Source of the DNA: an uncultured Verrucomicrobiae bacterium | GTDB lineage: Bacteria; Verrucomicrobiota; Verrucomicrobiia; Chthoniobacterales; Chthoniobacteraceae | Assembly: GCA_963836755.1 (NCBI GenBank) | Contig: CAWIKF010000002.1 | Span: 928,001-992,000, forward strand | Direction: 5' to 3' | DNA: 64,000 nt | In this document: positions 28,685 through 38,864 of the stretch, in pieces | Position numbering within the stretch: the stretch's first letter is position 1 | Layout of the letters: the number at the start of each line of letters is the position of its first letter | Translations under genes and position numbers: made by a program | Notes under the pieces: generated by a model | The model's database searches: none | Told to the model about the DNA's origin: nothing | What the model saw: only the letters and a program-made list of their open reading frames with translations

Positions 28685-28962
28685 ACGAAATCTTTGATGT
28701 CATCGATACGGTGCGGCTGACGGAAAAAGGTTCGCTGCTCACGGAGAAGCACAACAAATACGTTTTCCGTGTGAACCCGCGCGCGAACAAATTGCAGATC
28801 AAGCACGCGATCGAAAAACTTTTCGGCAAGAAAGTTGCGGATGTGAACACCTGCAACTATGCGGGCAAATTGAAGCGGACGCGTGGTCCGCTCGGCCGCA
28901 AGCCGGCTTGGAAGAAAGCCATCGTCACGCTCAAGGAGGGCGAGAAAATCGACCTCGCATAA
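28681..28962 (+). CDS. rplW: 50S ribosomal protein L23
   Basis: LTEK, YVFRV..ANKLQIK, WKKAIVTL. Confidence 0.98.
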   Translation: MNEIFDVIDTVRLTEKGSLLTEKHNKYVFRVNPRANKLQIKHAIEKLFGKKVADVNTCNYAGKLKRTRGPLGRKPAWKKAIVTLKEGEKIDLA

Positions 28963-28965
28963 TTT

Positions 28966-29817
28966 ATGGCGCTCAAAACTTATCGCCCACTCACACCAGT
29001 CCAGCGCACCAAGCAGACGCCGGCCTTCGATGAAATCACGAAGTCGAAGCCGGAGAAATCGTTGGTCCAGACGCTGAAAAAAACGGGCGGACGCAACAAT
29101 CACGGTCGTTTAACAAGCCGTCACATTGGCGGCGGACACAAACAAAAGTATCGCATCATCGATTTCAAGCGCCGCAAACACGACGTCGTGGCGGAAGTAA
29201 TCGCGATTGAATACGATCCAAACCGCAGTGCTCGCATTGCGCTGCTGCAATATCAGGACGGCGAAAAAGCTTACATCCTCGCTCCGAATGGACTTTCAGT
29301 TGGCGCCAAAGTTAGCGCCGGCGAGAAGTCAGCGCCTGAGGTTGGCAACGCACTTCCGCTCAAAAGCATTCCGCTCGGGACCGCTATCCACAACGTGGAA
29401 CTGGTTCCCGGACGTGGCGGCCAGATCGCGCGTAGTGCCGGCCAGCAAGTGATGTTGAACAACCGCGAAGGCGGTTACGCACTCGTGAAAATGCCGAGCG
29501 GCGAGATTCGCAAAATCAACGAAAAGGCATACGCGACGATCGGCCAAGTCGGCAACGTCGATCACATGAATGTGAAAAGCGGCAAAGCCGGGCGCACGCG
29601 CTGGCAGGGACGCCGGCCGCACGTTCGCGGCATGGTCATGAATCCGGTCGATCACCCGATGGGCGGCGGCCAAGGCAAATCCAAAGGCGGCGGCGGACGG
29701 CATCATCCGGTCAGCCCGTGGGGGCAGCTCGCGAAAGGTTTCAAGACTCGCCGCAAGCACAAACAGAGCAGCACGTTCATCGTCGAGCGCCGCAAATCGA
29801 AGAAGAAAGTTAAGTAA
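28966..29817 (+). CDS. rplB: 50S ribosomal protein L2
   Basis: [29 protein letters not shown]. Confidence 0.99.
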   Translation: MALKTYRPLTPVQRTKQTPAFDEITKSKPEKSLVQTLKKTGGRNNHGRLTSRHIGGGHKQKYRIIDFKRRKHDVVAEVIAIEYDPNRSARIALLQYQDGEKAYILAPNGLSVGAKVSAGEKSAPEVGNALPLKSIPLGTAIHNVELVPGRGGQIARSAGQQVMLNNREGGYALVKMPSGEIRKINEKAYATIGQVGNVDHMNVKSGKAGRTRWQGRRPHVRGMVMNPVDHPMGGGQGKSKGGGGRHHPVSPWGQLAKGFKTRRKHKQSSTFIVERRKSKKKVK

Positions 29818-29823
29818 CCAAGT

Positions 29824-30102
29824 ATGGGCAGATCTTTAAAAAAAGGACCTTTCGTCGAGCAGCATTTGCTCGAGAAGATCGACAAAATGGAAGCTGCCGG
29901 CGTGAAGAAGCCGATCAAAACCTGGTCGCGCCGCAGCACCGTAACGCCGGATTTTGTCGGTCATACTTTTTTGGTCCACAACGGCAAAATTTTTCAATCC
30001 GTCTTTGTAACGGAGAACATGGTGGGACACAAACTCGGCGAATTTTCGCCGACGCGCGTCTTTAAGAAACACGGTTCGCACACTGCGAAAGTGACCAAGT
30101 AA
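29824..30102 (+). CDS. rpsS: 30S ribosomal protein S19
   Basis: [24 protein letters not shown]. Confidence 0.99.
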   Translation: MGRSLKKGPFVEQHLLEKIDKMEAAGVKKPIKTWSRRSTVTPDFVGHTFLVHNGKIFQSVFVTENMVGHKLGEFSPTRVFKKHGSHTAKVTK

Positions 30103-30103
30103 A

Positions 30104-30886
30104 ATGAAATTTCCCGCCATGGCGGGTTGGACGTGTTTGACGCTGGCGTTGATGCCGGCGGCGCACGGCGCAGATAGTTCTTTGTCAACTTTGGATATTG
30201 AGTTCTCGGAAGCTAAAATGACGCTTCAGACGATGAATGCCGCCAACGCGGCATTGAGCGAGAAGTTGAAACTTTCGCAGGAGCAGGTGAAATCGTTGAC
30301 GGAAAGTCTGGCGATTTCCAATAGCGAAGCGGAAGTTTTCAAGCGCGAGAGCGGCGAGTTGAAGCTGCGCATGGAGGCCCTCGGGCTGGATGCGGGCGAC
30401 AAGGCGAAGCTCGAGCAGCGGCTGTTGAAAGCCGTGAGCGATCTAAAAATCGTCCAGGACGAAAAAGACAAGCTCGCGGACCAGCTTTTGCGGATGTCGG
30501 AGGCGATGCTGCGGTTTTTGAAAACCGCAGTCAGCACCGACGCGCAGGCGCGGATGGCAGTGGAAACCGAGATGCGCGCGACGAATGAAGCGCTCGGTCT
30601 GCCGAGTGCGCAGGCCGTGGACGCGCAGGCGATTCCGGCGACGCTGACCGATGGAATGGTAATCACCGTAAAAGAAGAATTTGCGCTGGTCGTCGCGAAC
30701 CTTGGCAGCAAGCAGGGCGTGAAAATCGGCATGCCGTTCCAAGTGTGGCGCGGCGACGGTCTCATCGGCCATGTGCGCATCGTCGATGTCCGCGACAAAA
30801 TCGCGGGCGCAGTGATTCAAGATCTCAATTCGAACAAGGACAAGGTGAAAGTAGGCGACCGCCTTCGGGTGGACGCCCAACAGTAA
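30104..30886 (+). CDS. Hypothetical exported coiled-coil protein with a C-terminal beta domain, inserted in the S10 operon
   Basis: 260 aa; fills the rpsS-rplV gap exactly (1 nt and 12 nt spacers); signal peptide, long helical region, beta-rich tail. Confidence 0.85.
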   Translation: MKFPAMAGWTCLTLALMPAAHGADSSLSTLDIEFSEAKMTLQTMNAANAALSEKLKLSQEQVKSLTESLAISNSEAEVFKRESGELKLRMEALGLDAGDKAKLEQRLLKAVSDLKIVQDEKDKLADQLLRMSEAMLRFLKTAVSTDAQARMAVETEMRATNEALGLPSAQAVDAQAIPATLTDGMVITVKEEFALVVANLGSKQGVKIGMPFQVWRGDGLIGHVRIVDVRDKIAGAVIQDLNSNKDKVKVGDRLRVDAQQ

Positions 30887-30898
30887 AATTTTAAAAAC

Positions 30899-31396
30899 AT
30901 GCAAGTGACTTCGACATATAAATACGCGCGCATCTCTGCTTTTAAAGGCCGGGAAGTGACACGCGAAATTCAAGGGCTGCCGGTTTCGGCTGCGCTCGAT
31001 ATCGTCGCGTTCAGCCCGAAAAAGGTGGCCGCGTTTGTCGCGAAAACTTTGAAGAGCGCAATCGCCAACGCGGAAAACAACAACGATCTGCGCGTGGAAA
31101 ACCTCGTCGTCAAAGAAGCGACCATTGGCGAAGGGCCAACGTTCAAGCGCTCGCAGCCAAAGGCGCGCGGCAGCGCCGGACCGATCCGCAAGCGGACCAG
31201 CCACATTCGCATCGTGCTCACCGACGAAATCGAAATCAAAACTCGCGAATCGAGAAAGAAAGCCGCGGGCGCGAAAAAGAGCAAAAAGCCGGCAGCGAAA
31301 AAAACTGCGGCGAAAAAAGAGCATGTTGCTGCTGAAACAAAAGTCGCGGAGAAGCCCGCTGAGACTGACGTCAAAGAAGGCCAAACCGCAGAATAA
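30899..31396 (+). CDS. rplV: 50S ribosomal protein L22 with Lys/Ala-rich C-terminal extension
   Basis: [29 protein letters not shown]. Confidence 0.98.
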   Translation: MQVTSTYKYARISAFKGREVTREIQGLPVSAALDIVAFSPKKVAAFVAKTLKSAIANAENNNDLRVENLVVKEATIGEGPTFKRSQPKARGSAGPIRKRTSHIRIVLTDEIEIKTRESRKKAAGAKKSKKPAAKKTAAKKEHVAAETKVAEKPAETDVKEGQTAE

Positions 31397-31398
31397 TT

Positions 31399-32151
31399 AT
31401 GGGTCAAAAAGTTAATCCAATCGGCTTCCGCCTCGCGGTCAATCGCGACTGGCGCTCGCGCTGGTATGCTTCGCCGAAAGAGCTGCCCGAGTTTTTGCAT
31501 TCGGACATCAAAATCCGCGATTACGTGAAGAAAAAGCTTCAACTCGCGGCAGTTGCGAAAATCATGATCGAGCGCGCTTGGAACAGTCTGCGCGTGACGA
31601 TTCACACTGCGCGTCCGGGCATCGTCATTGGACGCAAAGGCTCGGAAATCGAAAAGATGACCGAGGACATTTCGAAAATGGCCGGCGGCAAATCGGTAAA
31701 AATCGACATCGTCGAAATCAAAACGCCGGAGCTCGACGCACAGCTCGTCGCGGAAAATGTGGCGTTGCAAATCGAGCGGCGCATTTCCTTTCGCCGAGCG
31801 ATGAAAAAAGCGGTGCAAACCACGATGGATTTTGGCGCGCAAGGAATCCGGATCCGCGCTGCAGGCCGTCTCGGCGGCGCAGAAATTTCGCGTGCGGAAT
31901 GGTATCGCGAGGGAAAAATTCCGCTGCACACTTTGCGCCAGCCGATCGATTACGGCTTTGCGGAAGCGATGACCGTTTACGGAAAAATCGGCATCAAATG
32001 CTGGGTTGTGAAACCAGAGGAAGGCACGCCCGTGCCCGAGCGTCCGGAGCGTGAACGTCGCGGTGGACGCAGCGAGCGCCCACAAGCGCCGCGTGAATCA
32101 GAACCGGCTCCCGCGCCCGCCGCGGCTGAACCGGAAGTAGCAACTGCGTAA
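31399..32151 (+). CDS. rpsC: 30S ribosomal protein S3
   Basis: [31 protein letters not shown]. Confidence 0.99.
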   Translation: MGQKVNPIGFRLAVNRDWRSRWYASPKELPEFLHSDIKIRDYVKKKLQLAAVAKIMIERAWNSLRVTIHTARPGIVIGRKGSEIEKMTEDISKMAGGKSVKIDIVEIKTPELDAQLVAENVALQIERRISFRRAMKKAVQTTMDFGAQGIRIRAAGRLGGAEISRAEWYREGKIPLHTLRQPIDYGFAEAMTVYGKIGIKCWVVKPEEGTPVPERPERERRGGRSERPQAPRESEPAPAPAAAEPEVATA

Positions 32152-32172
32152 TTTTTTTCGAGGAGAAAAGCC

Positions 32173-32598
32173 ATGCCATTAATGCCCAAAAGAGTGAAGT
32201 ATCGCAAAACCCAGCGGGGCAGCCGCAAGGGTTTCGCTTCACGCAGCATCCACATCGATTTCGGCGAATACGGTTTGCAAACGCTCGAGCGCGCCTGGAT
32301 CACGAACATCCAGATCGAAGCCGCGCGCGTGGCGCTGACGCGCAACATGAAGCGCAAAGGCAAACTTTGGATCCGCATTTTTCCCGACAAATCCGTAACC
32401 GCGCGTCCGCCCGAAACCCGCATGGGCAAAGGCAAAGGCCAGCCCGAGCATTGGGTCGCGACGGTGCGGCCAGGCAATATTTTGTTTGAGCTCGACGGCG
32501 TGCCGGAGTCGGTCGCGCGCGAATCGCTGCGCCTCGCGGCGACGAAGCTGCCGATCCGCACGAAGTTCATCACACGTCACCACGCGATCGCGGCCTAG
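32173..32598 (+). CDS. rplP: 50S ribosomal protein L16
   Basis: [21 protein letters not shown]. Confidence 0.99.
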   Translation: MPLMPKRVKYRKTQRGSRKGFASRSIHIDFGEYGLQTLERAWITNIQIEAARVALTRNMKRKGKLWIRIFPDKSVTARPPETRMGKGKGQPEHWVATVRPGNILFELDGVPESVARESLRLAATKLPIRTKFITRHHAIAA

Positions 32599-32601
32599 TT
32601 T

Positions 32602-32814
32602 ATGAAGACGAAAGAAATCCGTGAGTTGAGCATTCAGGAATTGCAGGCGCGCAAACGCGAACTGCGCCAGGAAACTTTTCATCTGAAGCTGCAACAGCAA
32701 TCTGGACAATTGGAAAAGCCGAGCCGAATTCGTGAGCTGCGCCGCGAGGTCGCGCGCATTGAAACATTTCTCACGCAGAAAAACCGCGCAGCCGAAGGAG
32801 TGTCCAAATCATGA
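32602..32814 (+). CDS. rpmC: 50S ribosomal protein L29
   Basis: EIRELS..GQLEKP..RREVARIET; position in operon. Confidence 0.96.
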   Translation: MKTKEIRELSIQELQARKRELRQETFHLKLQQQSGQLEKPSRIRELRREVARIETFLTQKNRAAEGVSKS

Positions 32815-33092
32815 GCGAACAAGTCACCATTACCGCCGAGGCGCCCGAGCGCGGCTTGCGCAAAACCCGCGTCGGCGAAGTCGTCTCGACAAAGATGAAC
32901 AAAACCGCGGTCGTCAAAACGATCACGCGCGTGCCGCACGCGAAGTTTGGCAAAATCACCAAGCAGGTAAAAAAGTTTTACGTGCACGATGAGGAAAGCA
33001 AAGCGCAGGTCGGCGACACTGTCCGCATCGCCGAGACGCGTCCGCTCAGCAAATTAAAACGCTGGCGTTTGGTTGAAATCGTCAAGCATTAG
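32811..33092 (+). CDS. rpsQ: 30S ribosomal protein S17
   Basis: GEVVSTKMNKT, HDE, ETRPLSKLKRW. Confidence 0.98.
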   Translation: MSEQVTITAEAPERGLRKTRVGEVVSTKMNKTAVVKTITRVPHAKFGKITKQVKKFYVHDEESKAQVGDTVRIAETRPLSKLKRWRLVEIVKH

Positions 33093-33119
33093 CATTACAC
33101 TCCGCACCCTTTTCCCGTT

Positions 33120-33485
33120 ATGCTCCAAGTTCGTTCCAGATTAGACGTTGCAGACAACACCGGCGCCCGCATGGCCAAAATGATTGGCGTCATCGGCAAG
33201 GCGACGCTGTTCGCGCAGATCGGCGACGTCATCACCGCTCACGTCCGCGAGGCTTCGTCCGGCGGCACCGTGAAAAAAGGCGAGGTTGTCCGTGCCGTCG
33301 TCGTCCGCACGCGGCAATCGATTAAGCGCGAGGATGGGTCGTCGCTAAAGTTTGACCGCAACGCCATCGTCATCATCGACAAAGATCTAAATCCCCGCGG
33401 CACCCGCATTTTCGGACCGGTCGCGCGGGAGTTGCGCGAGAAGAATTTCATGAAGATCGTGTCACTCGCGCCGGAGGTATTATAA
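33120..33485 (+). CDS. rplN: 50S ribosomal protein L14
   Basis: [33 protein letters not shown]. Confidence 0.98.
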   Translation: MLQVRSRLDVADNTGARMAKMIGVIGKATLFAQIGDVITAHVREASSGGTVKKGEVVRAVVVRTRQSIKREDGSSLKFDRNAIVIIDKDLNPRGTRIFGPVARELREKNFMKIVSLAPEVL

Positions 33486-33778
33486 TGGCCAATCGTCCGA
33501 AATTTCATGTGAAAAAAGGCGATGAGGTTGTCGTCATTTCCGGCAACCACAAAGGTTCGTCGGGCAAAGTTTTGCAGGTGCTCGCCGCGAAGGAGCGCGT
33601 GCTCGTGGAGGGCGTGCGCATCATTAAAAAGCACGAGCGCAAATCTCAGGATAACCCGCAAGGGCGTATCGCGGAGCGCGAGGGGCCGATTCATATTTCC
33701 AATGTGAAGCTGGTGGAAGCGCCTGCGGAAAAATCGAAAAAACCGAAGGCGGAGAAGCCGAAGAAAAAGGCGGCTTAG
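33485..33778 (+). CDS. rplX: 50S ribosomal protein L24
   Basis: [16 protein letters not shown] motif, IHISNV. Confidence 0.97.
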   Translation: MANRPKFHVKKGDEVVVISGNHKGSSGKVLQVLAAKERVLVEGVRIIKKHERKSQDNPQGRIAEREGPIHISNVKLVEAPAEKSKKPKAEKPKKKAA

Positions 33779-33784
33779 CAGATT

Positions 33785-34357
33785 ATGGCAGCAGAACTTT
33801 ACGAATTTTACAAAAAGAGCGTCGTCCCGACGTTGCAGCAGCAGCGCGGCTACAAGAACGTGCACCAAGTGCCGCACGTCGAAAAAGTCGTCGTGAATAC
33901 CTGCATCGCATCCCAGCAGGATGTTAAACAAGCGCTCGAAGATGCAAAAGCGGAGCTGAGCCTGATTACCGGTCAGAAACCGGCGGAGACGCGATCGAAA
34001 AAGAGCATCGCCAACTTCAAGCTGCGCAAGGACCAGCCAATCGGCGCGAAGGTGACGCTGCGCGGCGCGCGGATGTATGAGTTTTTGGAACGGCTGATCA
34101 AAGCCGCACTGCCGCGCATCCGCGATTTTCGCGGAGTTTCGACGCGCGCGTTTGATGGGAACGGGAATTACACGCTCGGCGTTTCGGACCAGTCCATTTT
34201 CCCGGAAGTCGAGCTCGACAAAATCAAGCGCAACATTGGATTTGACGTGACCATTGTGACGAGCGCGAAAAACAACGATGAAGCCAAAGCGTTGTTGATG
34301 GAGCTTGGCATGCCTTTCAGCGACAAGGCGAAAAAACCGACGGCGAAAGCTGCTTAA
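33785..34357 (+). CDS. rplE: 50S ribosomal protein L5
   Basis: ITGQKP, SIANFKLR, LPRIRDFRG, FDGNGNY. Confidence 0.99.
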   Translation: MAAELYEFYKKSVVPTLQQQRGYKNVHQVPHVEKVVVNTCIASQQDVKQALEDAKAELSLITGQKPAETRSKKSIANFKLRKDQPIGAKVTLRGARMYEFLERLIKAALPRIRDFRGVSTRAFDGNGNYTLGVSDQSIFPEVELDKIKRNIGFDVTIVTSAKNNDEAKALLMELGMPFSDKAKKPTAKAA

Positions 34358-34361
34358 TTTT

Positions 34362-34760
34362 ATGAGTCAAATGTCTGATCCCATCGCCGATTTTCTCACG
34401 CGCTTGCGCAACGGCGGCAACGCATTGAAGCCCGAAGTGCTCGCTCCTTACTCGAAAATCAAGGTCGAGATCGCCCGTATTTTAAAACAAGAGGGCTACA
34501 TTTCGGGCTACGAAGTCGATACCGATGACGCGCATCCGCAGATCAAGGTGAAGACGAAGCTCGCGAATCGCGGCTCGGCGATCACTGGGTTGAAACGCGT
34601 GAGCAAACCAGGTCTTCGCCGTTACGTCGGCGCGCAGGAAGTGCCGCGCGTGCTCGGCGGCATGGGCGTCGCGATTCTTTCTACGCCTCGCGGGTTGATG
34701 ACCGGCCGCGAAGCGAAAAAGCAAAATGTCGGCGGCGAGCTGCTCGCTTACGTTTGGTAA
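34362..34760 (+). CDS. rpsH: 30S ribosomal protein S8
   Basis: DPIADFLTR, SKPGLRRY, GGELLAYVW. Confidence 0.98.
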   Translation: MSQMSDPIADFLTRLRNGGNALKPEVLAPYSKIKVEIARILKQEGYISGYEVDTDDAHPQIKVKTKLANRGSAITGLKRVSKPGLRRYVGAQEVPRVLGGMGVAILSTPRGLMTGREAKKQNVGGELLAYVW

Positions 34761-34773
34761 CAAAGTTTTAAAC

Positions 34774-35313
34774 ATGTCACGAATCGGAAAAAAACCCATT
34801 GAGCTGCCGGACAAGGTGAAGCTGAACATTTCCGGCGACGGCGCGATCAACGTCGAAGGCCCGAAAGGCAAGCTCGCGTGGACGCTGCCGAAGCAGATCA
34901 AAGCGCGCATGGATGGCAAAAATGTGGTGTTCGAGCGGAGTGACGAAACACGTCAGGTGCGAGCGTTGCACGGCTTGTCGCGCGCCTTAATCTCGAACAT
35001 GGTGACGGGCGTCTCGGCCGGTTTCGTCAAGGATCTCGAAATTCAAGGCGTCGGTTTCAAAGCCGCCGTGCAGGGCAAAGTTCTCAACCTGAGCCTCGGT
35101 TTTTCGCATCCGATTTTGTTCCCGATTCCCGAGGGATTGAAAATCACCGTCACAGACAACACGAAAATCAAAGTCGAAGGCATCGACAAACATCTCGTCG
35201 GCCAGGCTGCCGCGGACATTCGCGCGTATTATCCGCCGGAGCCTTACAAGGGCAAAGGCGTCCGCTACGCCGGCGAGCAAATCATTCGCAAGGAAGGCAA
35301 AACCGTCCAGTAG
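34774..35313 (+). CDS. rplF: 50S ribosomal protein L6
   Basis: [23 protein letters not shown]. Confidence 0.99.
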   Translation: MSRIGKKPIELPDKVKLNISGDGAINVEGPKGKLAWTLPKQIKARMDGKNVVFERSDETRQVRALHGLSRALISNMVTGVSAGFVKDLEIQGVGFKAAVQGKVLNLSLGFSHPILFPIPEGLKITVTDNTKIKVEGIDKHLVGQAAADIRAYYPPEPYKGKGVRYAGEQIIRKEGKTVQ

Positions 35314-35315
35314 CC

Positions 35316-35675
35316 ATGTCCAAAAAACTCGACTCCACCAAACTCCGGCACACGCGGCTGCGCAAACGCATCAGCGGCACGACCGAGCGCCCTCGTCTCG
35401 CGGTGCATTTCTCCGGCAAAAACATTTACGCGCAGGTCATCGACGACCTTTCCGGCGTCACACTCGCGGCGGCGAACACGACGGAGAAGGATTTCAAAAA
35501 TGCAAAGACGACGCGCGCGAACAAAGCGACTGCCGAGCAAATCGGCAAGACCGTGGCCGAGCGCGCGAAAGCGAAGAGCATCACCAAGGTGGTCTTCGAC
35601 CGCGGCGGGTTTTTGTATCACGGAAAAGTGAAAGCGCTGGCCGATGCGGCGCGCGCAGGCGGACTCGACTTTTAA
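35316..35675 (+). CDS. rplR: 50S ribosomal protein L18
   Basis: [23 protein letters not shown]. Confidence 0.98.
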   Translation: MSKKLDSTKLRHTRLRKRISGTTERPRLAVHFSGKNIYAQVIDDLSGVTLAAANTTEKDFKNAKTTRANKATAEQIGKTVAERAKAKSITKVVFDRGGFLYHGKVKALADAARAGGLDF

Positions 35676-35678
35676 ATT

Positions 35679-36230
35679 ATGGCTGACAATCAACAACGCA
35701 ACCGCGGTCCTCGCAGAGATCGCAACGCCGAAGCCGCCGACAAATCGGGGCTCACGGAGAAAGTCGTTTTCATCAATCGTTGCGCAAAAGTCGTCAAGGG
35801 CGGCCGCCGTTTCAGCTTCAGTGCCTTGATCGTAACGGGCGACAAGGACGGCAAAGTCGGCTGTGGTTTTGGCAAGGCGAATGAAGTCTCTGAGGCGATT
35901 CGCAAGGCTTCGGAATCGGCGAAAAAAGCGATGACGAAAGTCGCGCGCCGCGAGAACACGATTCCGCACGAAGTCATTGGTGAGTTTGGTGGTGGGCGTG
36001 TTTTGTTGAAGCCGGCATCGCCCGGCACCGGCGTCATCGCGGGCGGCGGCGTTCGGGCCGTGGTGGAAGCGGCGGGCATTCGCGACGTGCTCGCGAAATC
36101 GCTCGGCTCGAGCAACCACGCGAACGTAGTCAAGGCGACGATCGCGGCTTTGCTGCAACTGCGTCAGCGCGATGAAATTTACAAACTTCGCGGACAGGCG
36201 ATTCCCGCGAAATTTGTGCAGGAAGTTTAA
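35679..36230 (+). CDS. rpsE: 30S ribosomal protein S5
   Basis: [23 protein letters not shown]. Confidence 0.99.
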   Translation: MADNQQRNRGPRRDRNAEAADKSGLTEKVVFINRCAKVVKGGRRFSFSALIVTGDKDGKVGCGFGKANEVSEAIRKASESAKKAMTKVARRENTIPHEVIGEFGGGRVLLKPASPGTGVIAGGGVRAVVEAAGIRDVLAKSLGSSNHANVVKATIAALLQLRQRDEIYKLRGQAIPAKFVQEV

Positions 36231-36232
36231 AT

Positions 36233-36691
36233 ATGAATTTGCACACACTCAAACCGCGCCCCGGCGCGAAGCACCGCACGAAACGGCTCGGCCAAGGCGA
36301 GAGTTCTGGCAAGGGCAAGACCAGCGGCAAAGGCCACAAGGGCCAGAAAGCACGCTCGGGCGGCAGCATTCGCCTCGGTTTTGAAGGTGGTCAGATGCCG
36401 CTTATCCGGCGGTTGCCGAAGCGCGGTTTTAACAACGCGCGATTCAAGAAACATTACGCGATTGTGAACTTGAGCGACCTCAATCGGTTCGATGATGGCG
36501 CGACCATCGACGAATCTTCGCTGCTCGAAGCGAAGCTCATTCGCGGAAAATATGTCGGCGTGAAAATTCTCGGCACCGGTGAGTTGACGAAAAAGTTGAC
36601 GATCTCGGCGGACCAGGTGAGTGCGGGTGCGCGCGAAAAAATCGAGAAAGCCGGCGGCACGATTTCGATCCCTGCAGCAGAGCAGAAGTAA
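36233..36691 (+). CDS. rplO: 50S ribosomal protein L15
   Basis: GKTSGKGHKGQKAR, FEGGQMPL..LPKRGF. Confidence 0.99.
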   Translation: MNLHTLKPRPGAKHRTKRLGQGESSGKGKTSGKGHKGQKARSGGSIRLGFEGGQMPLIRRLPKRGFNNARFKKHYAIVNLSDLNRFDDGATIDESSLLEAKLIRGKYVGVKILGTGELTKKLTISADQVSAGAREKIEKAGGTISIPAAEQK

Positions 36692-36707
36692 TCGATTCGC
36701 GCCCTCG

Positions 36708-38213
36708 ATGATCTCGGCTTTTACGAATACATTCAAAATTCCGGAGCTCCGGAATCGTGTTCTTTTCACGCTCATAATGCTTGTGGTAGTGCGCGTCGGC
36801 GCGGCGATCACCTGCCCGGGCGTTAACGCGCTCGTGCTGCGCGAGTGGTTCATGAAAGAGGTCAACACGCAGACCGGCGGCGGCGTCGCGGCGCTTTTTA
36901 ATTTGTTCAGCGGCGGCGCGCTCGAAAACTGCGCGGTCTTTTCGCTCGGCGTGATGCCTTACATTAGCGCGTCGATCATGTTGCAATTGCTAACTGCGGT
37001 GATTCCGCAGCTCGGCAAGCTCGCCAAGGAAGACGGCGGCCGGCAAAAGATCATGCAATACACGCGCTACGCGACGATCGCGCTGTGTCTGTTTCAGGGT
37101 TATTTGCTCGCGAAGTCGTTTGAGTATCCAAAGCAGAATCCGTTTTTGCAGGGGATCGATTTGACGATCGCGCGGCTTGGCATTCCGCTGGTGGCGACGC
37201 CCGGCCTCGGCTTCGAAATTTTGACCGTGCTCACGCTGACGACCGGCACGTTGTTTCTCATGTGGATCGGCGATCAAATCACCGACCGCGGCATCGGCAA
37301 CGGCATGTCACTCATCATCACCGTCGGTATCGTCGCTCGGCTGCCCGCGGCGCTGATTCAGGCGTGGAAAACTTTTGTCCCATCCGCCGGACAGAGCAGC
37401 CAGGTGAACCCAATGGTGCTCGTGATCATGATCGCATTTTTAGTGCTCGTGATCGCAGCCGTCATATGCGTGACGCAGGCACAGCGAAAGATTTCGGTGC
37501 AATACGCGAAGCGCGTCGTCGGCCGAAAAGTCTACGGCGGACAGACGCAATACATGCCACTGAAGGTGAATTACGCGGGCGTCATGCCGATTATTTTTGC
37601 GCAGGCACTGCTGATTTTTCCTTCAACAATTGTGAACATGGCGTTCAAACAATCGCCAACGGCGCAGAATATTGCCGCGATGCTGACGCAAGGCTGGCTC
37701 CATTACACAGTTTATGGCGCGATGATTTTTTTCTTCAGCTATTTCTGGGTTGCGACGCAGTTTCAGCCGGCTCAAATCGCCGACGACTTGAAAAAATATG
37801 GTGGCTACATTCCCGGCGTGCGGCCAGGAAAGCCGACGGCGGATTTTCTAGACTTCACGATGACGCGGCTCACTTTTGCCGGCGCGATTTTTTTAACGAT
37901 CATCGCGATTTTGCCGCAGATGCTTTCGCACCAGCTCTCCGTGCCTTACATCACTGCGCAGTTTTTCGGCGGCACTAGTTTGCTCATCATCGTCGGCGTA
38001 ATGCTCGACACCATGCGGCAAGTCGAGACGCATCTCATCCAGCGGCATTACGACGGATTTTTGCGCAAGGGCCGGCTGCGTGGGCGTTTTGACCGCACGC
38101 CAGCGGGCCGTGGCGAGGCGGTGCAGCAGGGCGCGCTCATCTGGGCTTACGTCGGCATCGCGCTGCTGGTCGTCGCAGGCGTAAGTATTTTCATCGCCAG
38201 CCACCTGCGCTAA
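36708..38213 (+). CDS. secY: Preprotein translocase SecY
   Basis: FSGGAL, LGVMPYISASI, GIGNGMSL, GVMPIIFA, IPGVRPG, GGTSLLIIVGV. Confidence 0.99.
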   Translation: MISAFTNTFKIPELRNRVLFTLIMLVVVRVGAAITCPGVNALVLREWFMKEVNTQTGGGVAALFNLFSGGALENCAVFSLGVMPYISASIMLQLLTAVIPQLGKLAKEDGGRQKIMQYTRYATIALCLFQGYLLAKSFEYPKQNPFLQGIDLTIARLGIPLVATPGLGFEILTVLTLTTGTLFLMWIGDQITDRGIGNGMSLIITVGIVARLPAALIQAWKTFVPSAGQSSQVNPMVLVIMIAFLVLVIAAVICVTQAQRKISVQYAKRVVGRKVYGGQTQYMPLKVNYAGVMPIIFAQALLIFPSTIVNMAFKQSPTAQNIAAMLTQGWLHYTVYGAMIFFFSYFWVATQFQPAQIADDLKKYGGYIPGVRPGKPTADFLDFTMTRLTFAGAIFLTIIAILPQMLSHQLSVPYITAQFFGGTSLLIIVGVMLDTMRQVETHLIQRHYDGFLRKGRLRGRFDRTPAGRGEAVQQGALIWAYVGIALLVVAGVSIFIASHLR

Positions 38214-38216
38214 GCG

Positions 38217-38864
38217 GTGAAAAAGCGGATCGTGCTGTTGGGGCCGCCGGCGTCGGGCAAAGGGACGCAGGCCGAAATGATTCGCGCGAAACATAAAATC
38301 GAAACGCCGTCGGTCGGCGCGATTTTGCGGGAGCAGGCCGCGGCTGGCACACCGATTGGACTCGAGGCGGAAAAGTTCACGCGCGATGGTTTGCTAGTGC
38401 CCGACGCGATCATCGTCGCACTCGTGGAATCGTGGCTGGTGAAACACGATGGGTCCGTGGTTTTTGATGGATTTCCGCGCACAGTCGGGCAGGCCGAGGC
38501 GCTCGAACAAATGCTAAACAGCCGCCAAACACCGTTAGACATTGCGCTTTTTTTCGAACTGAACATTGAGGCGATTGAAGACCGGGTCGCGCGCAGATTG
38601 GTTTGCTCGAAATGCGATTTCATCGTCAGCGTCGGTTGGCAGGTCGAGAGCGTCGATTCGCCATGCCCGCGCTGCGGCGGCGCGCTGCATCGGCGGAAGG
38701 ACGACACGCTCGAGGCGTTGCAACGCCGGATGATTGAATATCGCGAAAAAACCGAGCCGCTGATCGGCTTTTACAAAAAGCGCGGCATCCTGCGGCTCAT
38801 CACCGCGCACGAAAGATCGGGAGTTGTTTTTGAAAAAGTTTGTGCTGCGTTGGAGAGCCAATGA
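38217..38864 (+). CDS. adk: Adenylate kinase (Zn-type LID)
   Basis: GPPASGKGTQA, LVPD, DGFPR, CSKC..CPRC, RKDD. Confidence 0.93.
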   Translation: MKKRIVLLGPPASGKGTQAEMIRAKHKIETPSVGAILREQAAAGTPIGLEAEKFTRDGLLVPDAIIVALVESWLVKHDGSVVFDGFPRTVGQAEALEQMLNSRQTPLDIALFFELNIEAIEDRVARRLVCSKCDFIVSVGWQVESVDSPCPRCGGALHRRKDDTLEALQRRMIEYREKTEPLIGFYKKRGILRLITAHERSGVVFEKVCAALESQ

